DNA from: Catajapyx aquilonaris
Lineage: Eukaryota
Reading direction: 5' to 3'
NCBI GenBank assembly: GCA_000934665.2
Contig: JYFJ02002672.1
Location: 1 to 57,887 of the forward strand
DNA: 57,887 bases
Part shown: one piece after another, positions 24,601 to 36,808 of the stretch
Layout: the number at the start of each line of letters is the position of its first letter
Position numbering within the stretch: the stretch's first letter is position 1
Translations under genes and position numbers: made by a program
The notes under the pieces: model-generated
What the model saw: only the letters and a program-made list of their open reading frames with translations
Database searches by the model: none
What the model was told of the DNA's origin: nothing

Positions 24601-27600
24601 AACAATGGTGTTGTAGTACATCACTGTCATTGGATGCGTAAATTTAGTGACATTTACTGTTGGTGCATGTGACTTTCAAAGTGAACTTTGTCTTGGCCAT
24701 TGCTGCTCATTAGTTTTGTTTCTAATCAACTTGCAGAGGATGTTGAAGATGCTGTTTCATTAACTAAGTGGAGCTCTATGGACCTTTTACCGCATGATGA
24801 AGCAGAGACTCCTTCAGCACTGACAGAAGATAAGCAAGGTATGGAAATCATATCTATCACAATGATCACTGCCCAAAAATTCTTACATTGGGTAATTGTT
24901 GAGTAATGAACATGTAGCTCCAATGTATACTTATACGTTCTAGTGGACAGCATCTTTTCTCAATCGTACATTCAAAGAGTAACATCAGAAAGGGAAAAAA
25001 ATAGGACACTGCAGCTGTCATCCAGAAGCAGTATGGAAACGTCTCTTCCTCCTTCACCTACACTCTCTCCTTCTCATCATCCCTGCAGTACCACAGTCCT
25101 TTTTATTGTTTTCCATGCTGGGAGTGTACTAGGTGAGTTTTCTTGTGCCAGCACATATTATTTTAATAAGGGTGCTGACATGATCTATATTCGGTCAGAT
25201 GCGAATGTGGACCCAACTGCCAGGAAATCAGATATTACAACATTTAAAGGCGCCTTTGAGTCAGTCATGAGGCAGCATTACCCATCCATGGTTGGACGTG
25301 TTGCCATCAGGCACATCTCATGCCCATCCATTTGCACCGAAGCATTAGGAGTCTTATCGAGGTAGGAATGTGGATGATACTCTTGTTTTAATTTAAAGCA
25401 TAATGTTAATTCTTTTTTTCTCGCGCGGTTTCTTTCTTTCTCAGCTTGAGTCCATACAGCTTTGATATTTCTCCATCAACAGTAGATTCCACTCATGTAA
25501 CCAATGACTCCATGCCTATTGGAGTCATTCCTCTCTTTGCAATATCTAATCCTGACTACCAAGATGCTGTTACAAGGGTTGTATCTAATGGAAACCACAT
25601 TTACCAAGAATTTCTCAAGTCAGAGGAAGGCCATGGCTTCACGGGACAAGTTATTTTTATTGGTAAGAAACGTACTTAACAGGTGTTAAACTCTTGTTAC
25701 GCCGAGTGATATTGTTTGGCAGGTGATTCTGTGGGCTCTATTCTGGCTTATGATGCTCTTGTTAGAACAACAGTAGCTCAACAGCTGCACTTGGAAGCAG
25801 AACCACCCAGTCCAGGTTAGCAGGATTGAAGTGACATTTGAGTGTACCGCTATTAATATAATTGTTCACAGAAGAAGAAAAAACAGTGAGGAAAGTTCCT
25901 GAACCTACTACTCCAGGAAACCATGAATCTGATCCTAATCACAGTAAGCACCTCACCACTTCAACCACTCCAAGGAGAAGATCATCATCTTCAAGGTAAG
26001 GTGCCTGCCTCAATTTGCTAGACATTTTTGAATCATATCTTTTTTGCGCCTCTAGTGATTCACACCACCATCAACCAAAGTTTGAGTTTGAAGTTAGTGA
26101 GTTCTTCATGTTTGGAAGCCCTCTACCAATATTGTTGGCATATAGGAAAGTCTTGTCATCGACTGACAAGAATGGTGAGTACATGTGACACTTGCTGGCC
26201 ATATTATATCATACAAAATACACAATGCCCTGTTCTAACCGTTGTGATATTATCCTTTTACTTAAAATATTTTCCAATGCGAATGTGCATTGCATCAAAG
26301 CAAATAACTGGGCACCTCTTACTGTTAGTTTAAAAAATACACATTGACACTTTGACTTAAATTTCAGCTCCAATTCCTCGACCAGCTTGCCATCAAGTGT
26401 ACAACCTTTTTCATCCAACTGACCCACTGGCAGTCCGTTTGGAGCCATTGCTCTCTGCACGCTTTTCAATGCTGCCACCTGTTAATGTATCCCGATACCA
26501 AAAATATCCATTGGGAGATGGACAACCGTGCCACTTGCGTGAGTGATTTGAGCTGGGGATACTTTCAAGCTGACAGGCGAGAGTAGGGAAGACAAGCAAA
26601 CATCATGACTGAACACTAGCTGTCAAGCTGTGTAGAATTTTCACCACTTTTTCCCTCCCAATTGCATGCCTCAAGTTGATGTTACTCTTACTGACACTTT
26701 ATAGAGGACAGTTTATTGGCAGTTGATGTAACACTTTTGGTGTCTAGTCAAGCAGGAGAGAAAAGTGCATGCTTATGGGTGGGTTGAACTCATTGTCTAT
26801 GTTTTCCCTCCCCACGGCTCTTTTTGCAGTGGAGTTCATCCAAGCCAATCCGCAGCTGTTTGCTGATGGCTTGGGACCTCTTCCTCCCACTCCAAGTGCC
26901 AGTTTCAGACGCATGTCTGAGATTAGCATTCAGAGCACCATTTCCGGAGTGATGGACTCCCTACCTTTGCATACTATTAATGCTTGTAAGTTTCTATATG
27001 AATATCATTGCCCTTTTTTTTTCATCTCTCTCTGTCTCATTCTTGGGTCATCTTCAGTACTTGGTGCATACACGTGTATCTGTCGGATATTGTGAACATT
27101 GTGCACGTGGTGTACGCATGTTGGTAGCCAATGGCATTTAAGTGTACTTTAATCTGTAACTTCTGTCTCTCACTCTATCAGCTAAAGGTGTGCCAGCAGG
27201 ATAATTACGTTGAACATGGTGTTCAGTGTAGTATTACACGTTCATGATCTTTGCTAATAATTTAATTAGATAAGTGGAATTACTCGTTTAGATAGTCTCC
27301 CAGAGAAATTATTATTATTAGTCAATAAACAGATTAGCTGTAAGCGTTAGTTGTGTGATGTTCAGATAGTTTGTAGCATAGCAGGGTTTGATGTAAGATT
27401 TTAGTGTCAACCACAGTTATACTTATAATTAATTGTTATACTTTAATGTGCAAGATAATTATAACTTTGTCATTGTCGCCTCCTTTCATTACACTTTGTA
27501 AATGTTTTAAATGGGGAATGTTCAGATTCTATTTTGAATGTAACATGATATTTTGTGTTACATGTTCTGCAATGCAAGTAATATTTGAAGATACTTTCTG

Positions 27601-30600
27601 CAAGTATTGAGCTGTGTGAGATTCGAGATTGTTATTTTCAGGCCTATCTGTTTAACATTGCATATGCCCATATGTGTAAGAGTAGCTTTTATGTTACATA
27701 TTAGAGGTTAACGTGAATTTGGGAATGCTATGTTATTTTTCACATCAAGCTGTTATTCAAGAACTGATTTCTAGATACATACATTTTAGTAATGACAATG
27801 TGTTTGTAATGTGTACTAATGAATTTGTTACAGGAGGAACATTCGGACTTTAGTTATTTGATTTTTCTTATTTGTGTGTGAGTGAAAAAGCTATGGCACA
27901 AGGGCTTCCTTTTGTTTCTCTTTAGTTAACTTTTAGTTGATTAGCATGCGTATGAGCTAACAGGCATTATTTTAACAAGTTATCATATCCTTGTTTCAGC
28001 TGAATTGACTTCATCGGAAGAGAAGTTGGACACATCGTTTGATGGGGGAGATGTTTTTGACAACTTGGATACAAGAGAAAGTAATGCTGGGGGTGGGAAG
28101 TGTAGATGCTAACTACATCTGGAATCTTACAAAATGCTGCAGTATATACTAACACATTAGCAGGATATTAGGAGACTGATGGATATCATTTGCAGAACAT
28201 CACATTTGAGGTGTTATAAATTTGTCTTGTGTTTCTTCTTCCATGACCAGTGACCCACAAGTGGTGGGGCAGTAAGCGGTTGGATTTTGCTCTGTACTGT
28301 CCCGAAGGTCTGGCCAATTTTCCAGCCCATGCTCTCCCCCACTTGTTTCATGCCAGCTACTGGGAATCATCTGATGTGATTGCCTTTATCCTGAGACAGG
28401 TGAGTGCCATGTTGCACCTACACTGTCATCATTCAATCCTGACACATTACAACGTTTTCAGATTGGCCGAGCAGACAATATTCCCCTGATGGGTCATGAG
28501 GATAAGGATATGGCTGCATTCAGTCCTAACCAACCTAGGGAGAAATGGATGAAAAAGCGAACCTCTGTCAAGTTAAAAGTACGAATGAAGTTTGGCTCTG
28601 AGGTTTGATTCCTTCTGCTTCCTTATCGTAGACTTGTGTTCGATGTGTTGGGGGCCTTAATACTCAGTGGATGTGGGGGGTTAATTGCAGCTAAACTAGG
28701 TTCTTGGATAACCACTGGGCTCTTAGTTGGTACAGTAGGTGGGTTGTAGTGAATGAAGGTAAGGGCCTGCTTTTTGTGTTGTAGCTGTCTGTCGTGTAAC
28801 ATTTTTGCACTTCATGCTGTCAATTGGCACTGCACTTGACTGTCAAACTGTACTCCTGAAAATTTGTGGATGGCATTTATGATTCTGGCTGCTTCCACTT
28901 CTAGAATGTGTCTGCCAACCACCGCGCAAATGATGTGATTGTAAGAGAAGGCGCTCCACAAGTTGTTATTGCCAGATTTATGTATGGGCCACTTGACATG
29001 GTTGCCTTGACAGGTCAGTTTTTAATCAGAATTTACTTACATTGTAGATATGTAATGGCATTAATTATTTCAGGTGAGAAAGTGGACATTCATGTGATGA
29101 AAGACCCACCAGCTGGTGAGTGGCTCCTACTCGCAACAGAGGTGACAGATAAGACAGGCCGGGTGACATATAGTATACCTGAGGACAAAGCTCTTGGGTA
29201 CGGGATGTATCCAATCAAGATGGTTGTGAGGGGGGACCACACCCTGGTAGACTTCTACATGGCTGTGGTTCCCCCTAAGACTGAGTGTGTGGTGTTCAGC
29301 ATTGATGGATCCTTCACTGCAAGCATGTCTGTCACTGGTAGAGATCCCAAAGTCAGAGCTGGTGCAGTTGATGTTGTTCGGTTTGTAACATTAAAAATAA
29401 TGACAGTTTTGTAATACCTCAGGCATCAGGCAAGTAAGGGGTAAGACAGTGTTATATTCTCTTCAGGCATTGGCAGGAGCTGGGATATGTGATAATATAT
29501 GTGACAGGGAGGCCAGATATGCAACAGCAGAGGGTGGTGTCATGGCTGGCACAACACAATTTTCCTCATGGCCTCGTTTCTTTCGCTGATGGACTTTCCA
29601 CTGATCCACTGGGTCACAAAGCAGACTACCTGCGCAATTTGGTGCAGGTCAGTCAATTGCCTCCCACTAGTAAAAACATTGTTAGGTCACACCACACAAA
29701 CGTTAGCCATATCTGCAAGTAATAACACTTGTCTCCTCTTGATCCTTAGTCCCACGGGCTGATCATGCATGCCGCTTACGGAAGCAGCAAGGATATTGGG
29801 GTGTACACCTCAGTGGGTCTGAAACCAGACCGCATTTTTATCGTGGGCAAGGTGTCCAAGAAGCAGCAGAACATGGCTGTGGTGCTTCAGGAAGGGTATG
29901 CTGCTCACTTGGGAACACTTTTAGCCCATGGTGGCTCCAGACCTGCACAGGGAAATGCAAGGATGGTCATTCCAAGGGGATACTTTGGGCTGCCCGGACA
30001 AAGCTCTTCTCTTAGGAGAAGGAGGTCAGTGTCAGTTAGCTCAGGAAGTTGCATGGCACTTGATGCTAATGTTGCTTCATTTTTGTGTGAGTAAGTTTTC
30101 TCTCAGAATTTGATGTAAAGGCCTATTTACATAAGGCCCACAAGTATTATGAAATATGAAAGCTGGAACTCCTTGCAATAAAAAACAGTGAATGCCCAAC
30201 ACATGTCCAGTAGAACAACCTCATCTCATTATTAATTTTGCTGCAAGGGTGATTTTTCTGTTGCATATGCCACTCTTGCCCATATATATAACACTCTTGA
30301 TTGCATTATCCTGGAAGTTGGTTATAGGAGAAAGATAATTTCAGGCAGTAATAATCTAGAAAGTTATAGCCTGCTGTCAGGTGTCATATCGTAAGAGGGC
30401 TTGTGAGCTTTGGTCACCAAATGATATAATGCCAGTAGCAGATTTAGATTTGTTTTGTTTGTTACATTGTTTAATTTCTTGAGTTTGAGTTTCCTTATTT
30501 TGCTTGTTTTTAGGTTGGACCTGGAGCCCTTGAAAATTATAGTCAATTGATGGATTAACAAATATAATGTATTTTGGTTGTTACTTGTGTTTTATGTTGT

Positions 30601-31333
30601 GCCAACAATTGTGACATGTAGTCATTAACATTGTAACTATGTTTGAGTTTGCTATTAAGGGTTTTCTAGGGTGTAATGGCTGTTGTTATGCATGTGTTAG
30701 AAATTTTGATATGTGGATGTATTTCAGTGTGTGGAGGGTTTTACTGCAGATTTCGAGTGGAAGTTTTGGAGAAAGGTTTCATAAGAATCAATCACAGAGG
30801 GTGCTGCCAAGTTACCACACCTGGATTGGTTCTCATGATAGCCTCTGTGCCAGTGGTTCCCAACCTGTGGGTCGCAAGCCTTTTCTGGGGGTCACCCGGT
30901 GGCCGCGTTTAATTTTACTCGCAATAAATTTTATCGGAAATTTCACCATGAAGGTTTTTAAACACTAATGTATATGTTTTAATGTCTATACTACATTAAT
31001 CTTGTACTAATACTTGGGGGGGTTGCAGGATACTTGACTATCATAAAAGGGGGACGCGATCTGAAAAAGGTTGAGGACCATTGCTCTACCCAGACGTCTA
31101 CTGCAAAGTTGCAGTGCATAAAACTTCTACACACACTGTAGCCTTGACCTGTTGGATATTTCATCCCTGCATGAAGTTTGACGAAACAGTTGCGAATTTT
31201 TGCCCCATCCCCCCACAGGTCGGCCAAGAGGACGACCTCATACCCCTTGACAGGTCACACCCTTTCCACCTCAGAGGGAATCATGAATAGAGGAGTGTCA
31301 CCTCATCCCCCTCGCCTGTCCACTCTCTTATAG
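21624..31333 (+). CDS. rdgB: Retinal degeneration B alpha / membrane-associated phosphatidylinositol transfer protein (PITPNM/Nir family), 23 coding exons, ~1288 aa
   Basis: Exons rebuilt by hand, all with GT-AG and consistent phase: 21624-21701, 22123-22255, 22325-22528, 22590-22729, 22803-22920, 23046-23351, 23433-23732, 24737-24838, 24944-25132, 25199-25361, 25445-25662, 25723-25815, 25872-25995, 26056-26174, 26368-26538, 26830-26985, 28251-28399, 28462-28578, 28905-29013, 29074-29380, 29467-29647, 29750-30024, 31219-31333 (3867 nt, ends TAG). PITP domain: [104 protein letters not shown]2: [26 protein letters not shown]. The last exon ([10 protein letters not shown]...STLL*) is the least certain. 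Confidence 0.95.
30851..31083. mobile_element. hAT (Charlie-like) MITE in the last rdgB intron
   Basis: CAGTGGTTCCCAACCT ... AGGTTGAGGACCATTG (13/16 TIR match) with a degenerate 8-bp TSD CTCTGTGC / CTCTACCC. Confidence 0.65.
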
Positions 31334-34300
31334 ACAATTGCTGCTCACTTATTGTCATCCTCCCCATCCCCGTCTCCTTCACACAGCATTTGCCTGTCTC
31401 AGTATTCACTTTTTGTTTGTGATGTCTCTTGCTTCAATTGACAGTCAGCTGATCATTGCCAAGGATCATTCAAAATGGAAGTTAGATGTTTTAATCAGGT
31501 TGGTTGGATGACGACTTGTGAACAGTTGAGTGACATACACTGGGTTTCATTGCTGTTGAAATTGTGCCACAAGAAAAAATTGGCAGTATTGTGTTTCTAT
31601 ATTATATTTTAGAAGTTGTACACATAACTGTGTGTGCGAGGTAGGAAAGTGTGTCAATAATGTGCTCGTCAACATCCCTTGTGGATATTGTTACCAACCT
31701 GAATGGTTAATAAGGGGCAATCACAAAGTCAAGATAACTGTGATAACTGCCGTTGAGATATGTAATCATTACAGACTCTTTGATGAAATTTTTGCTGCAC
31801 TGTTGATGGTTGATTTTTAAGAAATGTGACTAGAAGTCATGTGTCACTTATTAATTATTTTGTGATGTGCCATTCGTTAATATTGCTCTTTGTCTTTGAT
31901 ATTATTGGTCTTTGCAAGTGACTAATTGTACATCACATGTGGACTCTCACTTCTGAGAGAACTTTTTTTCAAAGCCTCAGTTTCCCATGCTGTACTCTAC
32001 ATATTTTGTATGCAACTGAGGTGAGTTTTGTGATTATTCCAGGTAATTTTCTGGTGGGAAATAGTACCGATCTTTGTTGGTGTTTTATTTATTACATCTA
32101 AATACTGATTCTGTGTCATGTATGCATGTGGCATTCTCTAACAAGTGTGTGTCAAACACCAATTTTAAGACCCTATGATTACAATTGGGAAGCAATACTA
32201 ATTGTAGTTCTCGTTTATGTTTTACTAACCTATTTATTTTTTACATGCGATTTTACAGTAACATAATCTAACAGGTATGGGCAATCAGTATTTCCTTAAT
32301 ATGCAGTAAAATGGTGTAATATTTGATGTTTCATAACGAGAGGCATTTCAATTGTATGACCACAAAGTTCTTTTCATTTTAAAAGAAACATCTACATATT
32401 ACATTATTCAATGTCATTGTGGCATGGCTCTCTGGGGGGTATTGGTAAGTCTCTGCCATTAAATGGTTGCAATGGTGTAAGTGTATGGGGTGTCCAAGAA
32501 AATCTCCAGATCAACTCATGGTACATGAAATATTTTTGCGTCAGTTAGAATGAACAAATGGAATCCAGAAACACCCTGCATGGTATGTAATGAGGTGACT
32601 CATGAGACATTTGCAAGTTTCACGTTATTGAGGATATGGATTTGGAAAACAAAAAAATATGTAGCTATTAAGTGCAGTGATTTCTTAACTACTATATTAT
32701 TGGAAAACAAAGGTTAATTTTTAATACTTGCTAAGAATGCATATGATCTTGAGGGAGAAACAAATGTACATGTTCAAAGAGTTTGACATTCCTTTTTACT
32801 TGAAATTGTTCCATTATTATAATTTATGAAAAAGAAAGTAAAATACTGGGACTCGTGCGGTCCAGAGTGACATAAACAAGGGCAGAGAATATTTATCTTT
32901 CGAAGTTTCTTTTTCAAAACTGCATTTTAGACAACTGAAATCAAAATAGACTAAATTTTACTGTTTTTGTAATAAATGTGATGGATTATAGTGATTCCAG
33001 CAGTCATTATGGCCCCTACGCTTGATTACTTGTACCTGTCAGAATCCTTGGCTTGATAATGGCTGAAGAAGGCCTCAAATTCGTTACAATGTGATGTACG
33101 TGGTACACATTTGTCATGAAACTTGCATCGTGACAGACACCTGGAATTCAAACAACCAGGCTAGTTCGTCATTTCAAAGTTGCACATATTGACGAGTCAA
33201 CATTTAATATGGGACTAATTTTTGCAAACTCATAATGCTGATATTTGCCTTAATTAACCAATAATCTGTATTTTTTTCAAAAGAAGCAATAGCAGCAGTT
33301 AAAAAAAAGAACATGGAGTCTGGAACAAATGGCGTTTATATGATTAGCTTAGTTGAGATCATAGGTGTGGATTTATTTTCCATCGAAATGCTACTGAAGT
33401 GTTTAGTTAGGCATCCCAAGTTACAATTTTATAAAGAAAAAAGTATTCACAAGGTAACTGTTCAGTTATCATGACGGCTTGGGGTAGTCGTAATCTATCA
33501 TTTTATATCGTGGTGAATCATTCCAAAAAGATCCAATGGTAGGTTCTAGTTACAATTTCTACAGAATTCTTCTAGTGTACCTACAGTTTTGCTCATTTTA
33601 AAGTTGTCTGTTTCTGTTGTGTACTTTAGTGGCAGAGAAGTATTTCAACAGGAGAGATAGTCTGATAAGCTGTACTGTCCAGTAGAATTAATGCAGAGTT
33701 GTTGAAATGTTGGGAGCCCGACACGATGTAATTCATCTTCAGGGAAAAGTTTCATTCTTTTGTCGGCACAGAGAAAGAAGTGTTGTCCTATCAATAGTCA
33801 TTGCTGTTTAACTCATGACAAATGTGTAATGCATAAGTAGCATCTTGAAACCTTCCAAATGTGATGTGTGTCAACTTCAACTCAGTGAAAATGTAAATAG
33901 AAATATTAGAGGTACAATACAAGTGGGATAGAATATAATTTGGATAAACTTTGCCTATGAGAGAACTACGATGGTCAAACTTGTTGCTCATTGTTTATTT
34001 GCCGTCAAGTATTGGACATGTGGCAGTGTTTTTGACGGTTTTAGATCTCGCCTCAGCACAACACTCATGTTCTTTTAATGGCTAACATTTCCTACGTTTC
34101 ATATATGCTTGGAGCTCAAAATTTAGTAACTGCACCTCGAAAACCGTTGGTGAAATAGTGGTGTTGTCTACATATGGAACTGTGGGACTTGTGAAAATTA
34201 CGATGCATAAATGAGGACACCACGTATTATTCATTACAAGGCTATGCTCTTCTGATTATACCAGGTGCTGTGTAATTTGTGGACAAAGCCTCTTTATTGA

Positions 34301-36808
34301 ACTGTAACTAAACGTCAATTTAACAAAAAAAGGAAGAATGGGTAATTATGAGTCATAAGGTAGATTAATTCGTGAACTGAATCATGTTCCCAATTCTGTC
34401 CATTTCATACGAGTCCTCGTCATTTGTCAGATGACTGACAAGCACAAATGTATGCACAAGTTTGGAAGTAACAGTTTTTTCATAGACTTTAATTAATTGT
34501 TTGCAAATGTGATTGGTAACCTTTGAAAAGTTAACCAGTTGCTTGTGAAATTGGCAGTTGAAACTTCTTGCGAACCAAAAATTGCTGTGCGTGATGGGTA
34601 CCATTAGGTGGATGGATTTCATGTTGTTTTTAAGCACTTGTGTCACCTGGTCAGTAGTTATGAAGCTGCTTTCAGTTTTGGCGCATTGCCTTGAATACTA
34701 TGCATGATTGTATAGTTTGCATTGAAAATATTCCTTCAGGTGATGGCTAATAAGTTCTTTTTTGTCAGTGTAAATAATTATGTACTGTTAATTTATCAAT
34801 TACTCTGTGTGCAGTATGCAAGGCATACGGTTACATTTAATTTATAACTTTGTCATGGGTGCTACTGACACATCCCTCACAACTTGATACATGCGGAATG
34901 ATCTGAGGTGTCTCAGGAGATCTCGCGATGAAATTGTGTCCTGATGTACCTTTGAGTCAAGTTACGGTGAAGAGGGTCAAGTCCCCATGACCATTTGACC
35001 ACTCTTGTTACTTACATTCCACTTGTATAGGAACTCTCCTCCATCCAATGGTACACATAATTTCATGACATTAGTTTATAGGGTACTTCCTACTTAGAGC
35101 ATGCCTTGGTTCTGCAACTGTACCTGATGAATTTTTTTACCCCACTCCTACTTGATCCTGCATAGTTTTCTTCTCAAGTGGCAAAAGTAATGAAAGATAG
35201 TGTATACCTACCTACTCTTTGCAATAAGTGCGTGAATAGAAAGCAGCCTGCTTCTTCATATTCTGCCAAGCGTAGGCATTGCTTTCGGACTCGACAGAGA
35301 GTATGAACAGCATTTCATATTGTTATTACTACTGTATAATTATTTTGTAATTTTTGGGCAGATTATGAAGAGCCGAACTTTTCAACAATTTCTTTTTTAT
35401 ATTTTGGGCAGGTGTAACAGATGCCCAATTGCATTTAGCTGTCAAGTGTGTTGTGCCCCACGGTTTCTGCAAAGAACTGCACAAGTAGCATGCAAATCCT
35501 GCGTCAAAAAAATATCCAACATCATGTCGGTACCTTTTTGGAACCGGGATTAATGCTACATCCTGTACAACAATTAGCAAATGTATAAGAAACCTTAGGG
35601 CACACTTGTTTCAATATACAGGATGTTTCTCTGTCCAAGTTGACGGTGTTGGAGAGGGTACAGGGAAGAGTTGATGAATTAGTCATCCACAGCAAAATAA
35701 ACAAAATTGGCACCATGTAAAAAGGGAAAGGATGAAGCAAGAGTTAGGATGCTGACTAGGAGTGACTAATCCATCAACTCTTCCATGTCCTCCCTCAACG
35801 GATCATAAACTTGGGCAGAGGAACACCCTCTATACATAATAATGTAAGTAGCAAAAAGCTGCTCTGTAGCAGTGGACCACTTAATCAGGCCGCTGTTGAT
35901 GTCCTTTAGGCATTGGAAAGTAGGGTTCTTTTGATAGCTTTTGACAACTAACTTTGCCAAGTCTTCAACAAGGAGGAGATGAGTGAAGATTTTTTTTTCC
36001 CCTTTCCAACTTTATTGTCAGTGTTTGCGGATCTGAACCGATTTCCAAGCGCCGGAATTGACTGCAACCGAGTGTCTCGCACACAGACTCGGAGAACTTT
36101 GAGTGACAATCGCAACACCTGCACGATGTACAGAATGTGTATACAAGAAATAATCTTTTGAGATCTCATTGTTCTTTTAAGGGAATGGTTATAAGAGAAG
36201 TGTTATCTTCTGTAACAATTGTTATTAGTCTATTCTAGTCTATTATGAGTGTTCTGTTTTGTGTTGTACACTATGGAGAGTTTTCAGTCAGAGCCTTTAT
36301 TTCACTATTAAAGCTGTTATTTCATGCACTTTCACATCTCATTCTTGGGTTTGTTTGTTCCCTCAGGTGGATTTTGGTGATTGGGAAGGATATCCAAGGA
36401 ACAATGACTCCACACTAGGCAAGCAGATTTCAAAATTACGTTCACACTGTATGGTTGATGCATACTTTTAATACTGTAATTGGCCGTTACAGAGTAGCTC
36501 TCTCTACTAACATAGATATGTGGGGTTTATAGTTTTTGGATGGGATTTGACAATATATCATATGTCTTTTTGGTCACAAGCTTGGTACTAAATTCTAACT
36601 GGCAAGATCATAAAATAGCTGGCATTTTGAAAGTGTATGACATGGGATTTCCATTTATGTAAAGGACAAGACGTCATCATACACAAATTAATTTGAATTT
36701 GCAGTAGTGCAATGATAGTACTAACACACTGGACATTTAATCTCTCTTTAATGTATCACAATCACAAACTAGCTTCACAGATTTCCAAGGTGCCAAACCG
36801 CACTCTTC

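Noticed and set aside
30025..30094. rdgB ending by read-through at 30094 (ORF-track stop)
   Set aside because: A good donor at 30024/30025 splices in phase to 31219-31333, which gives a more plausible C-terminus. A retained-intron isoform is not excluded.
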